A stretch of 64,000 nucleotides of DNA from the IMG/VR virus record IMGVR_UViG_3300015607_004160; one strand, written 5' to 3'. Under the pieces are notes generated by a model that did not search any database, was not told where the DNA came from, and saw nothing but the letters and a program-made list of their open reading frames with translations. The first letter of the stretch is position 1. Each line of letters begins with the position of its first letter. The position numbers and the translations under genes were made by a program. Source of the stretch: a virus. Lineage: Duplodnaviria > Caudoviricetes. Below are positions 9,524 to 17,794 of the stretch, in pieces.

Positions 9524-10551
9524 AATATTTAAAAATATTTGAAAAATTTAATACATTTTATTATAAGCTAACGCAGAATGAGTTTGATGAAATGATACAG
9601 AGTCCTGATATATACACATTTACTCAACGTGATATGTCAGTAATATCTGATTTTGCAAAAAGAAAAAAATATATCTATCAAACTAATAGTGTTGATATAA
9701 TAAAGTTTGACTCCAGAGAATGGTCATTATCTGATGATTGGGACTTAGATAAGTGGATATCATCATCCGAAATTAGAATACACGAAGAAAACAATATTAC
9801 AACATATAAAGCTAATCAAGATATTTCTAAGGGAACTCATTACTGTGGGACAATAGGACAAAAGGAAGAATATCTTAAAGTAGAAAACTTCACAATTAGA
9901 CTTAAAAAGTATATGATTAAATATCCAAATAGTAGATTTGGGGGATCGTTACCACTACCACAAAAGCATATGCTAAACATAGATATAATGAAATGTAGTG
10001 ATGAGTGGTTTTTAGTTGTATTTGACAATAATATTATGTATAAATGTGATCAATTAGATGGGCTAATAGAATTCATGTCGAATATAAATACATTGGAAGC
10101 ATTTAGAGATGAATACCATTCTCTATATGATATAGAAAAAAATAGAGAGGAATATTGGAATGGATATCTTAAGAAATTAAAAGCTGATCAGGATGAACTA
10201 CAAAAAGAGATGGAAGAGGATCCACACTATTTTACAATGATTAGCCAGGATGAGGTAGATGAACTTTATGATAACTTGGTCAGCTTCAAAGATGATGAGA
10301 TTGAAAAAATAAAAGAATTATTTAGCGATAAATATTTAGTATATAAAAAGACATGGAAAAAATATGACTCTGATAATACCGAAATCTTTATAGAGGCAAT
10401 TAGACCAAATTGCATAATTAGAATTTGGAAATTAGAAGATGAATGGTATATAGTTTCAACAAGTGATGCAAACGATAGAGGAAGAGTGAATGATAAATGT
10501 GATCAATTTGATGGACTAAAGAGATTATTAAATAAAATATTAATAAAATGA
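9520..10551 (+). CDS. hypothetical protein, CTS-like N-terminus, two DEW..CDQxDGL domains
   Basis: MKYLKIFEKF; internal duplication DEWFLV..CDQLDGL / DEWYIV..CDQFDGL. Confidence 0.8.
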   Translation: MKYLKIFEKFNTFYYKLTQNEFDEMIQSPDIYTFTQRDMSVISDFAKRKKYIYQTNSVDIIKFDSREWSLSDDWDLDKWISSSEIRIHEENNITTYKANQDISKGTHYCGTIGQKEEYLKVENFTIRLKKYMIKYPNSRFGGSLPLPQKHMLNIDIMKCSDEWFLVVFDNNIMYKCDQLDGLIEFMSNINTLEAFRDEYHSLYDIEKNREEYWNGYLKKLKADQDELQKEMEEDPHYFTMISQDEVDELYDNLVSFKDDEIEKIKELFSDKYLVYKKTWKKYDSDNTEIFIEAIRPNCIIRIWKLEDEWYIVSTSDANDRGRVNDKCDQFDGLKRLLNKILIK

Positions 10552-12446
10552 TACGTATTAAATTATTTGAAGAATTAAATAAAAGTAAGCCTAAGGTAAT
10601 TATTTTTCAAGGATCGCCAAGGGATAAAGATACTTGTCCAAATATGGACAGTAAAACACATACAATAGTTGAATACATCATTGAAAAATATTCTGATGTA
10701 TATGATTTTGATATAATTGATTTATCAGTAAACCAGTCTAAAAAGTCAATCATACAACCATGTAAAGGATGTGTATCAACTGCTGGGGGATATCATTGTA
10801 TTGCAAAAGGTGAAAGAGTAGAAACAAAGTATGGATTTAAGAAAATTGAAGATATTCAAATTGGAGATGAACTATCTACTGGAGTAGTTGAAAATGCTTG
10901 GATGTCAGGAAAAGACTCTGATGTATTTGAAGTGATAGTTTCGGATGGTAGAAAAATAAAACTTACCGACAATCACCCAATAAAAATAATAAATCCAATA
11001 TATAAAAATGGTAATAAGAGAAAATTAATTGGATATGAAGAAAAGTGGAAAAATGTAAAAGATATCAAAATTGGTGATAGACTTCCATTTAATTTTAATG
11101 AAAATTTTATTAACGATGATAATAACATTAATGTTTATCATATTGCTGGTATGATATGGGGAGATGGATCATATAAGAGTGGAAAATTAAGATTGTGTTA
11201 TGATATAAGAGATGAAAAACTTTTTAATTTTATATCATCTAATTTTGAAATTTCAGTTTCACAAGGTCCAATATCAAAAAATACTACTACCAACTGGATA
11301 TCTTTTAAAGATAGAAATATAAACATCTCGCTAAACACTTTAATTAAATCAGAAAAGATTAAAAATATTCACAGTAGAAGAATACCAGATATAATAATGA
11401 ATTCTTCTAAAATACAAATATCTAAATTTTTAAATGGATGGTTTGCTACTGATGGATCTGTTATATTAAGAAATAATAATGGAAATAAATATTATGAGAT
11501 AAATTTAACAAGTGTTAGTAAAGATTCTCTAAGAGATTGTCAAATGTTATTATCAAAGTTTGGAATAAAATCATCAATATCATATCTAGATCATATAGAA
11601 ACTTTTAGATTTAATAAATTTATTAAAAGGTCTTCTATGTTGATTATAAGCGGTAAAAATGCCAATATATTCATGCGAGAAATCGGTATAATTAACAAAG
11701 ACTACAAATTTGAATATATTAAATATAGAAATTCTAAAAAGCATACATCCTTCGGAAAAATTGAAAGCATAGAAAGCATTGAAACATCGGATGTCTATGA
11801 TATATCTGTTAGTGATTCTCACAAATTTATATGTGAAGGTATTGAGGTACATAATTGTCATTGGTACTGCACATGTTATAAAAAGAATGATGAAAAAAAG
11901 CCAGACTTTATGTATGACGGAGACATATATACCAAGCTTGAAAAGTGTGATGCTTTTTTAGTATTTAGTCCAATACATTGGTACTCTGTTAGTAGTCAAG
12001 TAAAAGCTTTATTTGATAGATTAGTTTGTGCTAGTCAAACATTACACTATGATGACGCTATTAAAGTATTGGGAAAAGGAAATTTGAAAAATTCAGAAAT
12101 AACCGGTAAATTTGCACAATCCGGTGAATATAACGATTTGTTAAAGAATCACTTAGAGGGTAAAGTAGCAGGATTTTATGTACATGGTGATGATGGAGCA
12201 AACGATTATGATGATAAAGAATTGCCAGAATCATTTAAAGACGAAAAATTCACACCTAAGCAAGCAATAACGCCGATAGTAAATCAATGTAGATACTCTG
12301 GTATAAACGTCCCTAATGACCTTATAGAGGCATTCTATATAAATAAAGATAAGGATTATTATACAGCAAATTTAGATTTAGAAAATCTATCAAAACCATT
12401 TGATAATGCTGATAGATTATTAAAAAATTTAAAGAAATACATATGA
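10548..12446 (+). CDS. iron-sulfur flavoprotein / NADPH-FMN reductase family protein interrupted by an intein
   Basis: QGSPR, PCKGCVST..H|CHWYCTCY, SPIHWY, KALFDRL. Confidence 0.85.
   Translation: MIRIKLFEELNKSKPKVIIFQGSPRDKDTCPNMDSKTHTIVEYIIEKYSDVYDFDIIDLSVNQSKKSIIQPCKGCVSTAGGYHCIAKGERVETKYGFKKIEDIQIGDELSTGVVENAWMSGKDSDVFEVIVSDGRKIKLTDNHPIKIINPIYKNGNKRKLIGYEEKWKNVKDIKIGDRLPFNFNENFINDDNNINVYHIAGMIWGDGSYKSGKLRLCYDIRDEKLFNFISSNFEISVSQGPISKNTTTNWISFKDRNINISLNTLIKSEKIKNIHSRRIPDIIMNSSKIQISKFLNGWFATDGSVILRNNNGNKYYEINLTSVSKDSLRDCQMLLSKFGIKSSISYLDHIETFRFNKFIKRSSMLIISGKNANIFMREIGIINKDYKFEYIKYRNSKKHTSFGKIESIESIETSDVYDISVSDSHKFICEGIEVHNCHWYCTCYKKNDEKKPDFMYDGDIYTKLEKCDAFLVFSPIHWYSVSSQVKALFDRLVCASQTLHYDDAIKVLGKGNLKNSEITGKFAQSGEYNDLLKNHLEGKVAGFYVHGDDGANDYDDKELPESFKDEKFTPKQAITPIVNQCRYSGINVPNDLIEAFYINKDKDYYTANLDLENLSKPFDNADRLLKNLKKYI
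10797..11855 (+). mobile_element. intein with LAGLIDADG homing endonuclease (353 aa)
   Basis: Starts CIAKG; block B LTDNHP; IAGMIWGDGS and FLNGWFATDGS; block F VYDISV; ends VHN followed by +1 Cys. Confidence 0.92.
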
Positions 12447-12470
12447 AATATTTAAAAAGAATACAAGATA

Positions 12471-12857
12471 ATGAAATATTTAAAAACATTTGAATCAAAA
12501 AAATCAGGTCCTAATTTCAAAAAAATTATAATTGATGATTTTGTTATATATCAAGGAAAAGATGCTGAGGCAAATGATTATGTTACATTAGAAGTAGCAA
12601 ATGATAATGATATGTGGTTTCATGCAAAAGGTGTTCCCGGTAGTCACGTCGTAATGAAAATAAAAGACAAACTACCAACACAAGAGACAATTAAAAAGGT
12701 GGCTTTAATAGCTGCTAAGAATTGTAAATCAAAAGATAATAGTATTAAAGTACTTTATTGTAAGAAAAAATTCGTTAAAAAAGAAAAAGGAATGAATCCC
12801 GGACAAGTTAAAGTAGATTATAATAACGCTGATGAAATAATCATTGAAAAAAAATAA
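12471..12857 (+). CDS. stand-alone NFACT RNA-binding (DUF814) domain protein
   Basis: GKDAEAND, DMWFHAKGVPGSHVV, PGQV; CTS-like MKYLKTFES. Confidence 0.85.
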   Translation: MKYLKTFESKKSGPNFKKIIIDDFVIYQGKDAEANDYVTLEVANDNDMWFHAKGVPGSHVVMKIKDKLPTQETIKKVALIAAKNCKSKDNSIKVLYCKKKFVKKEKGMNPGQVKVDYNNADEIIIEKK

Positions 12858-13014
12858 TATATACCTATATGACAGGAGTTTATTTAACAAAAGGAGCAAG
12901 TGATATCTTTGACTCTATGGAAAAATAATCATTGAAAAAAAATAATATATACCTATATGACAGGAGTTTATTTAACAAAAGGAGCAAGTGATATCTTTGA
13001 CTCTATGGAAAAAT
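12835..13014. repeat. exact 88-bp tandem duplication
   Basis: ATG 12869 and ATG 12957 lie in identical context; includes TAATATATA at 12855 and 12943. Confidence 0.9.
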
Positions 13015-14567
13015 TAGGAATAAAAAAAGTCAATAGGCTTATTAATGATCTGAAAGCTATTAATTCAAATGCACCTAACTATACAGAAAAAATTACTATT
13101 GGTAAGGATAGTCTTACTATGAAGGTACTTGAAGAGGTTTTAGGATATACTAAATACAACAAGAAAGAGTTTGAGGAATTTTTAAAGGTTTTTAAAAACA
13201 TATCAAATAAAAACATGGGAAGCGGCAAAAAACAAATTGATAAAGAGAGTATCCAAATTAAATTTACGGATGACTTCGCAATGATGTTAGATAAAATAGA
13301 TGATCAAATTTGTTGGGCACTGCTTGACATTGAGCAAAATCCCGAAATAAAAAATAAATTTGGCATTGAGAAATTAGATGTTTCTGATACAGATTTCAGC
13401 TTTGATGTTTACTACCCAAATGGAAGAAGAGGATTAATTAAAATAGCGGAATTCATAAGAACATTTTTTGGAAATAAATTTGACAAAGGAACAATATATA
13501 ACTTTGTAAGGGATTATAATAAAATTAAAAATAGGGCACTCAATAAATCTGATGATGAGATTCAAGTGCCTGAATTCAAATTCAATCCTAAAGATGTTAG
13601 ATCCACTTTTATATCATTAACAACCGAAACATATCCACATGGTCATGAAGAAGGTGTTTACAAATATTTACCAGAGGGATTACAAACTGATAAATATGGT
13701 AATCTTTACCACATAATTGGCAAATCCGATACTATGTTTACATCACACTTAGATACAGCATCAAGAGATAAAAGTGATATTATATTAGTAGCACAGTCAA
13801 AAAATGGACAAGATTACATAATGAGTGATGGTACAACTATTTTAGGAGCAGATGATAAAGCTGGGGTTGCAGTAATGATGTATATGATGGCTCATAATGT
13901 TCCCGGAGTTTATTATTTCTTCTTAGGTGAAGAAAGAGGTGGAATTGGATCTGGTAAAGTGGCCGATGATTTTAGATCCTTTGAATTTCTTAAAGAAATT
14001 AAGAAAGTAATTTCATTTGATAGAAGAAACTATTTTTCTGTTATTACAGAGCAAATGGGAATGAGATGCTGCTCAAATGAGTTTGCTGAATCACTTTGTA
14101 AAGAATTAAATAAAAGTGGTTTAAAATTGAACCTAGATCCTACAGGTGTATTTACTGATTCCTATAATTTTGTTGATTATGTTCCAGAGTGTACTAATGT
14201 ATCTGTTGGATATTTTAATGAACATACACACGATGAGATTCAGAATATGACTTATTTAGAAAGATTAGCCAAAGCTTGTGTATCCGCTGATTGGAATAAA
14301 CTTACTATAAAGAGAAAAATTGGATTTGATTCTGAAGTATTGGAAAAATGGTCTGACTTAATAAGGGATCTAAAAGAGTCGATATTTTTCAATGATTCTA
14401 CTATTAAAGGAGTAGAAGGTAAAGTGGTTGTTTCAATTGAATTTGATGATGTCTCTTTAAGAAATGCTTATGATGATTTATCACAAATTGAAACAATTTT
14501 ATTAATGCATAGATGTAATCCTGATATAAAATTTGATGGTAACATTTTAAAAATACAAATTGGATAA
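12957..14567 (+). CDS. M28-family peptidase with N-terminal extension
   Basis: HLDT, GADDKAG, GEE, SFDRR, TDS, EHT; paralogue of 2418-3560. Confidence 0.85.
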   Translation: MTGVYLTKGASDIFDSMEKLGIKKVNRLINDLKAINSNAPNYTEKITIGKDSLTMKVLEEVLGYTKYNKKEFEEFLKVFKNISNKNMGSGKKQIDKESIQIKFTDDFAMMLDKIDDQICWALLDIEQNPEIKNKFGIEKLDVSDTDFSFDVYYPNGRRGLIKIAEFIRTFFGNKFDKGTIYNFVRDYNKIKNRALNKSDDEIQVPEFKFNPKDVRSTFISLTTETYPHGHEEGVYKYLPEGLQTDKYGNLYHIIGKSDTMFTSHLDTASRDKSDIILVAQSKNGQDYIMSDGTTILGADDKAGVAVMMYMMAHNVPGVYYFFLGEERGGIGSGKVADDFRSFEFLKEIKKVISFDRRNYFSVITEQMGMRCCSNEFAESLCKELNKSGLKLNLDPTGVFTDSYNFVDYVPECTNVSVGYFNEHTHDEIQNMTYLERLAKACVSADWNKLTIKRKIGFDSEVLEKWSDLIRDLKESIFFNDSTIKGVEGKVVVSIEFDDVSLRNAYDDLSQIETILLMHRCNPDIKFDGNILKIQIG

Positions 14568-15009
14568 TATGAAACTTAAAAAATACTTTGAAATTAACGA
14601 AAGAGAAGGGTTTGATGATATAGATCAACCATTAGATGACTATCCTGAAATTCCTGAACTTGAGGAAGTTGAAGAAATAGCTCAGGATGATATCATTGAA
14701 AACTTACTATCTACACTTAGAAAAATGATAAAAAATTCTGGATTTGAGAATTATTATGTATTTACTGATGATGAAGGCAGCATTAATGTTCAATTTGTTT
14801 TAAATAAAACAGAAAAAATAGGTAGTGTTATGAAAATTATGAATCTACTTAAGAAGCTAGAAACTGATATCCTAATACAATACGAATCTGAGTTCGATTT
14901 ATGGGAAGTCAAAAGTGGTGAACCTTTAATAACAGCTAAATTCTTCTATGATGAAGATGTGGCGGCACCTACTTCATTAAATGATATTGAAGGCGAAGTT
15001 CCATTTTAA
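14560..15009 (+). CDS. acidic hypothetical protein, CTS-like N-terminus (start may be 14569)
   Basis: MKLKKYFEINE. Confidence 0.7.
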   Translation: MDNMKLKKYFEINEREGFDDIDQPLDDYPEIPELEEVEEIAQDDIIENLLSTLRKMIKNSGFENYYVFTDDEGSINVQFVLNKTEKIGSVMKIMNLLKKLETDILIQYESEFDLWEVKSGEPLITAKFFYDEDVAAPTSLNDIEGEVPF

Positions 15010-15023
15010 AAAAAATTTAGATA

Positions 15024-15344
15024 ATGAAACATATTAAAAAATTTAACGAAAGATTTTTTGAAAGAACTATTAAAAAAGTATCTCATACTGCACAGAGAAT
15101 AGTTCTTCCAACATTTACCTCGAAGGAATGTGAGGATCTTGGGTATAAAATTGGATTTGAGTTAGAAAAAGATAGGTATGCCTTTTCAAGAAAAGATATT
15201 AAATTAGGAGATGAAGTGTTCTATCTTGGACATGATGGTGTTGGTGGATGGTGGTATGGAAACAAAACGATAGCTGACCAAGAATTAGTTGATAAGGCCG
15301 AAAATTTACAATTTTATAAGAAAGTTGGTGTAGTTGTAGATTAA
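15024..15344 (+). CDS. hypothetical protein, CTS-like N-terminus
   Basis: MKHIKKFNE. Confidence 0.7.
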   Translation: MKHIKKFNERFFERTIKKVSHTAQRIVLPTFTSKECEDLGYKIGFELEKDRYAFSRKDIKLGDEVFYLGHDGVGGWWYGNKTIADQELVDKAENLQFYKKVGVVVD

Positions 15345-15757
15345 ATTATCCATTTCGGAGGTTGTATAATTGATTGTGTATTAAACAGTCGTTTATGCTT
15401 GTAAAATTTTTCAATTTTTAGTAAGAATTCATTCAGCTCCTCATATGTATCTAATATAAAATATCTGCTGCTATCTTTATTTGGACTACCAAAGTCCTCA
15501 AAATCAACTGAAACTAAATAATACTCATCATATTGTTTATCTATTGATATTCTATAAAAATAATCACCATTCCTTTTATAAAACTCTAATTGAATATCAG
15601 AATTTCTTGTTAGGTAGAAAAGGTCCCATTCATTGATATCTGCGAATTTCTTTACTAGGTCTAATTCCCTTTTATTAAGTTCTTCTGGTTTATCAATTTT
15701 GTTATATTCATCGATTTTTATTTCTCTAAAATTTTCAAATAATTTAAGATATTTCAT
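15341..15757 (-). CDS. hypothetical protein, CTS-like N-terminus, DEY..D domain
   Basis: MKYLKLFENF; DEYYLV..ILDTYEEL; TAATATATA at 15767-15775. Confidence 0.75.
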   Translation of the reverse strand: MKYLKLFENFREIKIDEYNKIDKPEELNKRELDLVKKFADINEWDLFYLTRNSDIQLEFYKRNGDYFYRISIDKQYDEYYLVSVDFEDFGSPNKDSSRYFILDTYEELNEFLLKIEKFYKHKRLFNTQSIIQPPKWII

Positions 15758-15778
15758 AATTAATTATATATATTAAAT

Positions 15779-16000
15779 ATGAAATATTATTGTGATACTA
15801 AAAGACATCTAATTTGCATTCCATACTCCATTGAAAACTTACATAAAATGGCAGATAATCTTAATATTAAAAGATGTTGGTTTCATAAAACACATTATGA
15901 TATACCCAAAAGGAGAATAGACGAAATAACTAATAAGTGTTTGGTAGTAAGTACCATAGATATTGTTAGGATAATTCGTGGAATTGTCATATCTTTGTAG
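15779..16000 (+). CDS. DUF4031-like small protein
   Basis: LHKMA..L.IKR.WF...HYDI. Confidence 0.7.
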   Translation: MKYYCDTKRHLICIPYSIENLHKMADNLNIKRCWFHKTHYDIPKRRIDEITNKCLVVSTIDIVRIIRGIVISL

Positions 16001-16001
16001 T

Positions 16002-16625
16002 ATGAATTATAATTTTCTCTATTCGAATTCATTTGAAAGGAAGTTTAATAGAAAACCTAAAGAGTGGACTATTGAACAAATTCATGCACTTTATGAAAAA
16101 GCCAAGGAAAGATCAAATAAAAGATGGAAATCTAGATCTGAATTTATCAAGAAAATAGTTGGTAAGATTCCAAAAAATAGTAAAGATGAATATGTTATCT
16201 ATTATTATCATCCTAAAGATAATAATAATATTTATTGTTATACTTTTAAATATAACTCTGAATATAGATCACATAGTATCGGACAGGGCAGAGTCGAATT
16301 TTCAAAAGATATAGTTGCTGGCCGTCAGGAAAAGCTTGACTTTATTCTTTCACATGATGAATCATTTGAACTAGGTCAAGAATATTATAAACTTGATAAA
16401 ATGTGTTCTTATTTAGAACATAGAGTTATGAAAATTTTATGGATGTTAATAGAGGATAAACTGAGAGCTCACTTTAAGAAAACAGATACACTACCAAAAA
16501 GTGTATTTATAATTGATATTGGAACCAAAAAATACTATGTTAAGGTCGACGACCAGCATAGATTTGGATATATGACATTTCACTTAGGTGGAGAATATAC
16601 TGATGAGATTATTAAAATTGACTAA
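16002..16625 (+). CDS. hypothetical protein
   Basis: ATG 16002 follows TATCTTTG (15990-15997); internal RQEKLDFIL motif. Confidence 0.7.
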   Translation: MNYNFLYSNSFERKFNRKPKEWTIEQIHALYEKAKERSNKRWKSRSEFIKKIVGKIPKNSKDEYVIYYYHPKDNNNIYCYTFKYNSEYRSHSIGQGRVEFSKDIVAGRQEKLDFILSHDESFELGQEYYKLDKMCSYLEHRVMKILWMLIEDKLRAHFKKTDTLPKSVFIIDIGTKKYYVKVDDQHRFGYMTFHLGGEYTDEIIKID

Positions 16626-17093
16626 ATGGACTTAATCTATAAAATATACTCGGTTTTCTTATATGATCATCAGTTAAATCATGATTATCTCATTTTGTAT
16701 AATTATGGTGATTACGATTTGCAGCGGGGGCTTGGATATGATATTGGATATTCGCTTAATAAAATTCACAATTTAGATAAATATTCTCCAAGTTTTAATG
16801 ATGAATCTATTATAGAGATGCAAAATGCGGCAATAAGAGGTAATAAAATGTTTGTTAAGAATGATGGGTTCTTAACCTTAGTCAAAGGTGGAACCTCACC
16901 ACGACCACGATATAATATCTATGATGTATACTGGAATGAAACAAAGTCCAATATTAATATTCATGAATATGAAGTTGCTGCTATTTGGAATGTTGGTAAG
17001 GATTCTTGCTCAGTCTATAGAATATGGGAAGAAAAAGATGAGAGAGAAAGAATAATAAGAAATAATAAGTTAAATTTACTATTAACAATTTAA
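16626..17093 (+). CDS. hypothetical protein with C-terminal RDxK-type motif
   Basis: Ends IRNNKLNLLLTI. Confidence 0.7.
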   Translation: MDLIYKIYSVFLYDHQLNHDYLILYNYGDYDLQRGLGYDIGYSLNKIHNLDKYSPSFNDESIIEMQNAAIRGNKMFVKNDGFLTLVKGGTSPRPRYNIYDVYWNETKSNINIHEYEVAAIWNVGKDSCSVYRIWEEKDERERIIRNNKLNLLLTI

Positions 17094-17133
17094 TATAAAA
17101 ATATGGGTTTTCACTATTGAAATTTAAACTTTT

Positions 17134-17164
17134 TTTGAGTTTTCAAATATTATATATATCTTTG
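17134..17164 (+). promoter_or_regulatory. Bacteroidota-type promoter for the tmRNA locus
   Basis: TTTG-N19-TATCTTTG. Confidence 0.7.
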
Positions 17165-17165
17165 T

Positions 17166-17230
17166 AAAGAAACAGGAAGGGTCTCTGGTCAGTCTGAAAA
17201 AGATAGGACGCACTTCTGGTCAGTTTCTTT
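17166..17230 (+). ncRNA. structured RNA element A (two WAGG..CTGGWCAG units)
   Basis: Outer stem AAAGAAAC/GTTTCTTT encloses two CTGGTCAG units; homologous to 17604-17682. Confidence 0.55.
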
Positions 17231-17237
17231 AAATTAT

Positions 17238-17602
17238 GGGGGTGAATTGGAATAGATTCGCATCGTAATGGTAGTTAAGCAAGCATCGGCTGAGTTATCC
17301 GATTAATAAATTGACATCAACGCTTTAAACGGCAAAACAAACGAAGTAGCAAGCAAAGAAGATTTAGTATTTGCTCTACGCAACAACTTACTCACTGTGA
17401 ATGAGTTTGAAGTAGCTTAATTGATACTTTCATAAAAATGTCACCTGAATCACAACAGTAAATAGTGATAGTTTTTTGTTAAATTCTTTGTGAACATAAA
17501 AATTAACTATTTTGATAATTTAGAAAAATTATCTAAGCTTGTGAATGATTAGTTATTATTAACTGAAGAAGACGGGAGAGTCGGAGCTCCCCACCTCCAC
17601 AA
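17238..17602 (+). ncRNA. ssrA: tmRNA
   Basis: Acceptor stem GGGGGTG/CACCTCC-A with G3:U; T-stem GGGAG/CTCCC; tag ORF 17331-17420 after TTAAAC. Confidence 0.9.
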
Positions 17603-17603
17603 A

Positions 17604-17682
17604 AAACCAACAAGGTAGGATAAAAAGCTGGACAGCCTTGAAAAAATAGGTAGGTGTTTTCTCTGGTCAGCCGAGTTGGTTT
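17604..17682 (+). ncRNA. structured RNA element B (two WAGG..CTGGWCAG units)
   Basis: Outer stem AAACCAAC/GTTGGTTT, inner stem CAAGG/CCTTG, CTGGACAG and CTGGTCAG. Confidence 0.55.
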
Positions 17683-17696
17683 CTTTTTAATAACCT

Positions 17697-17728
17697 CAGC
17701 GGAATTGGACTGCTGTTTATTTCTTTTT
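17697..17728 (+). terminator. possible intrinsic terminator
   Basis: CAGCGG/CTGCTG hairpin followed by TTTATTTCTTTTT. Confidence 0.45.
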
Positions 17729-17763
17729 ATGATTAAAATATACATCTACACTAAAGAGCTCAA

Positions 17764-17792
17764 ATTTTGTTAAGTTTAAAACTTAACAAAAT
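17764..17792. repeat. 13-bp perfect inverted repeat directly before ATG 17795
   Basis: ATTTTGTTAAGTT-TAA-AACTTAACAAAAT. Confidence 0.8.
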
Positions 17793-17794
17793 AT

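Noticed and set aside
9520-10551. internal repeat as a diversity-generating retroelement target
   Set aside because: The similarity is at protein level only; no near-identical TR/VR pair or reverse transcriptase was seen.
17571-17602. possible tRNA-Ala
   Set aside because: It is the tRNA-like 3' domain of the tmRNA; there is no anticodon arm. No separate tRNA was recognised in the window.
17166-17682. CTGGTCAG repeats as a mini-CRISPR array
   Set aside because: Repeats are only about 8-10 nt with irregular spacing, and there are no cas genes.
17533-17745. 70-aa minus-strand ORF
   Set aside because: Overlaps the tmRNA 3' end and element B on the opposite strand, with no protein features.
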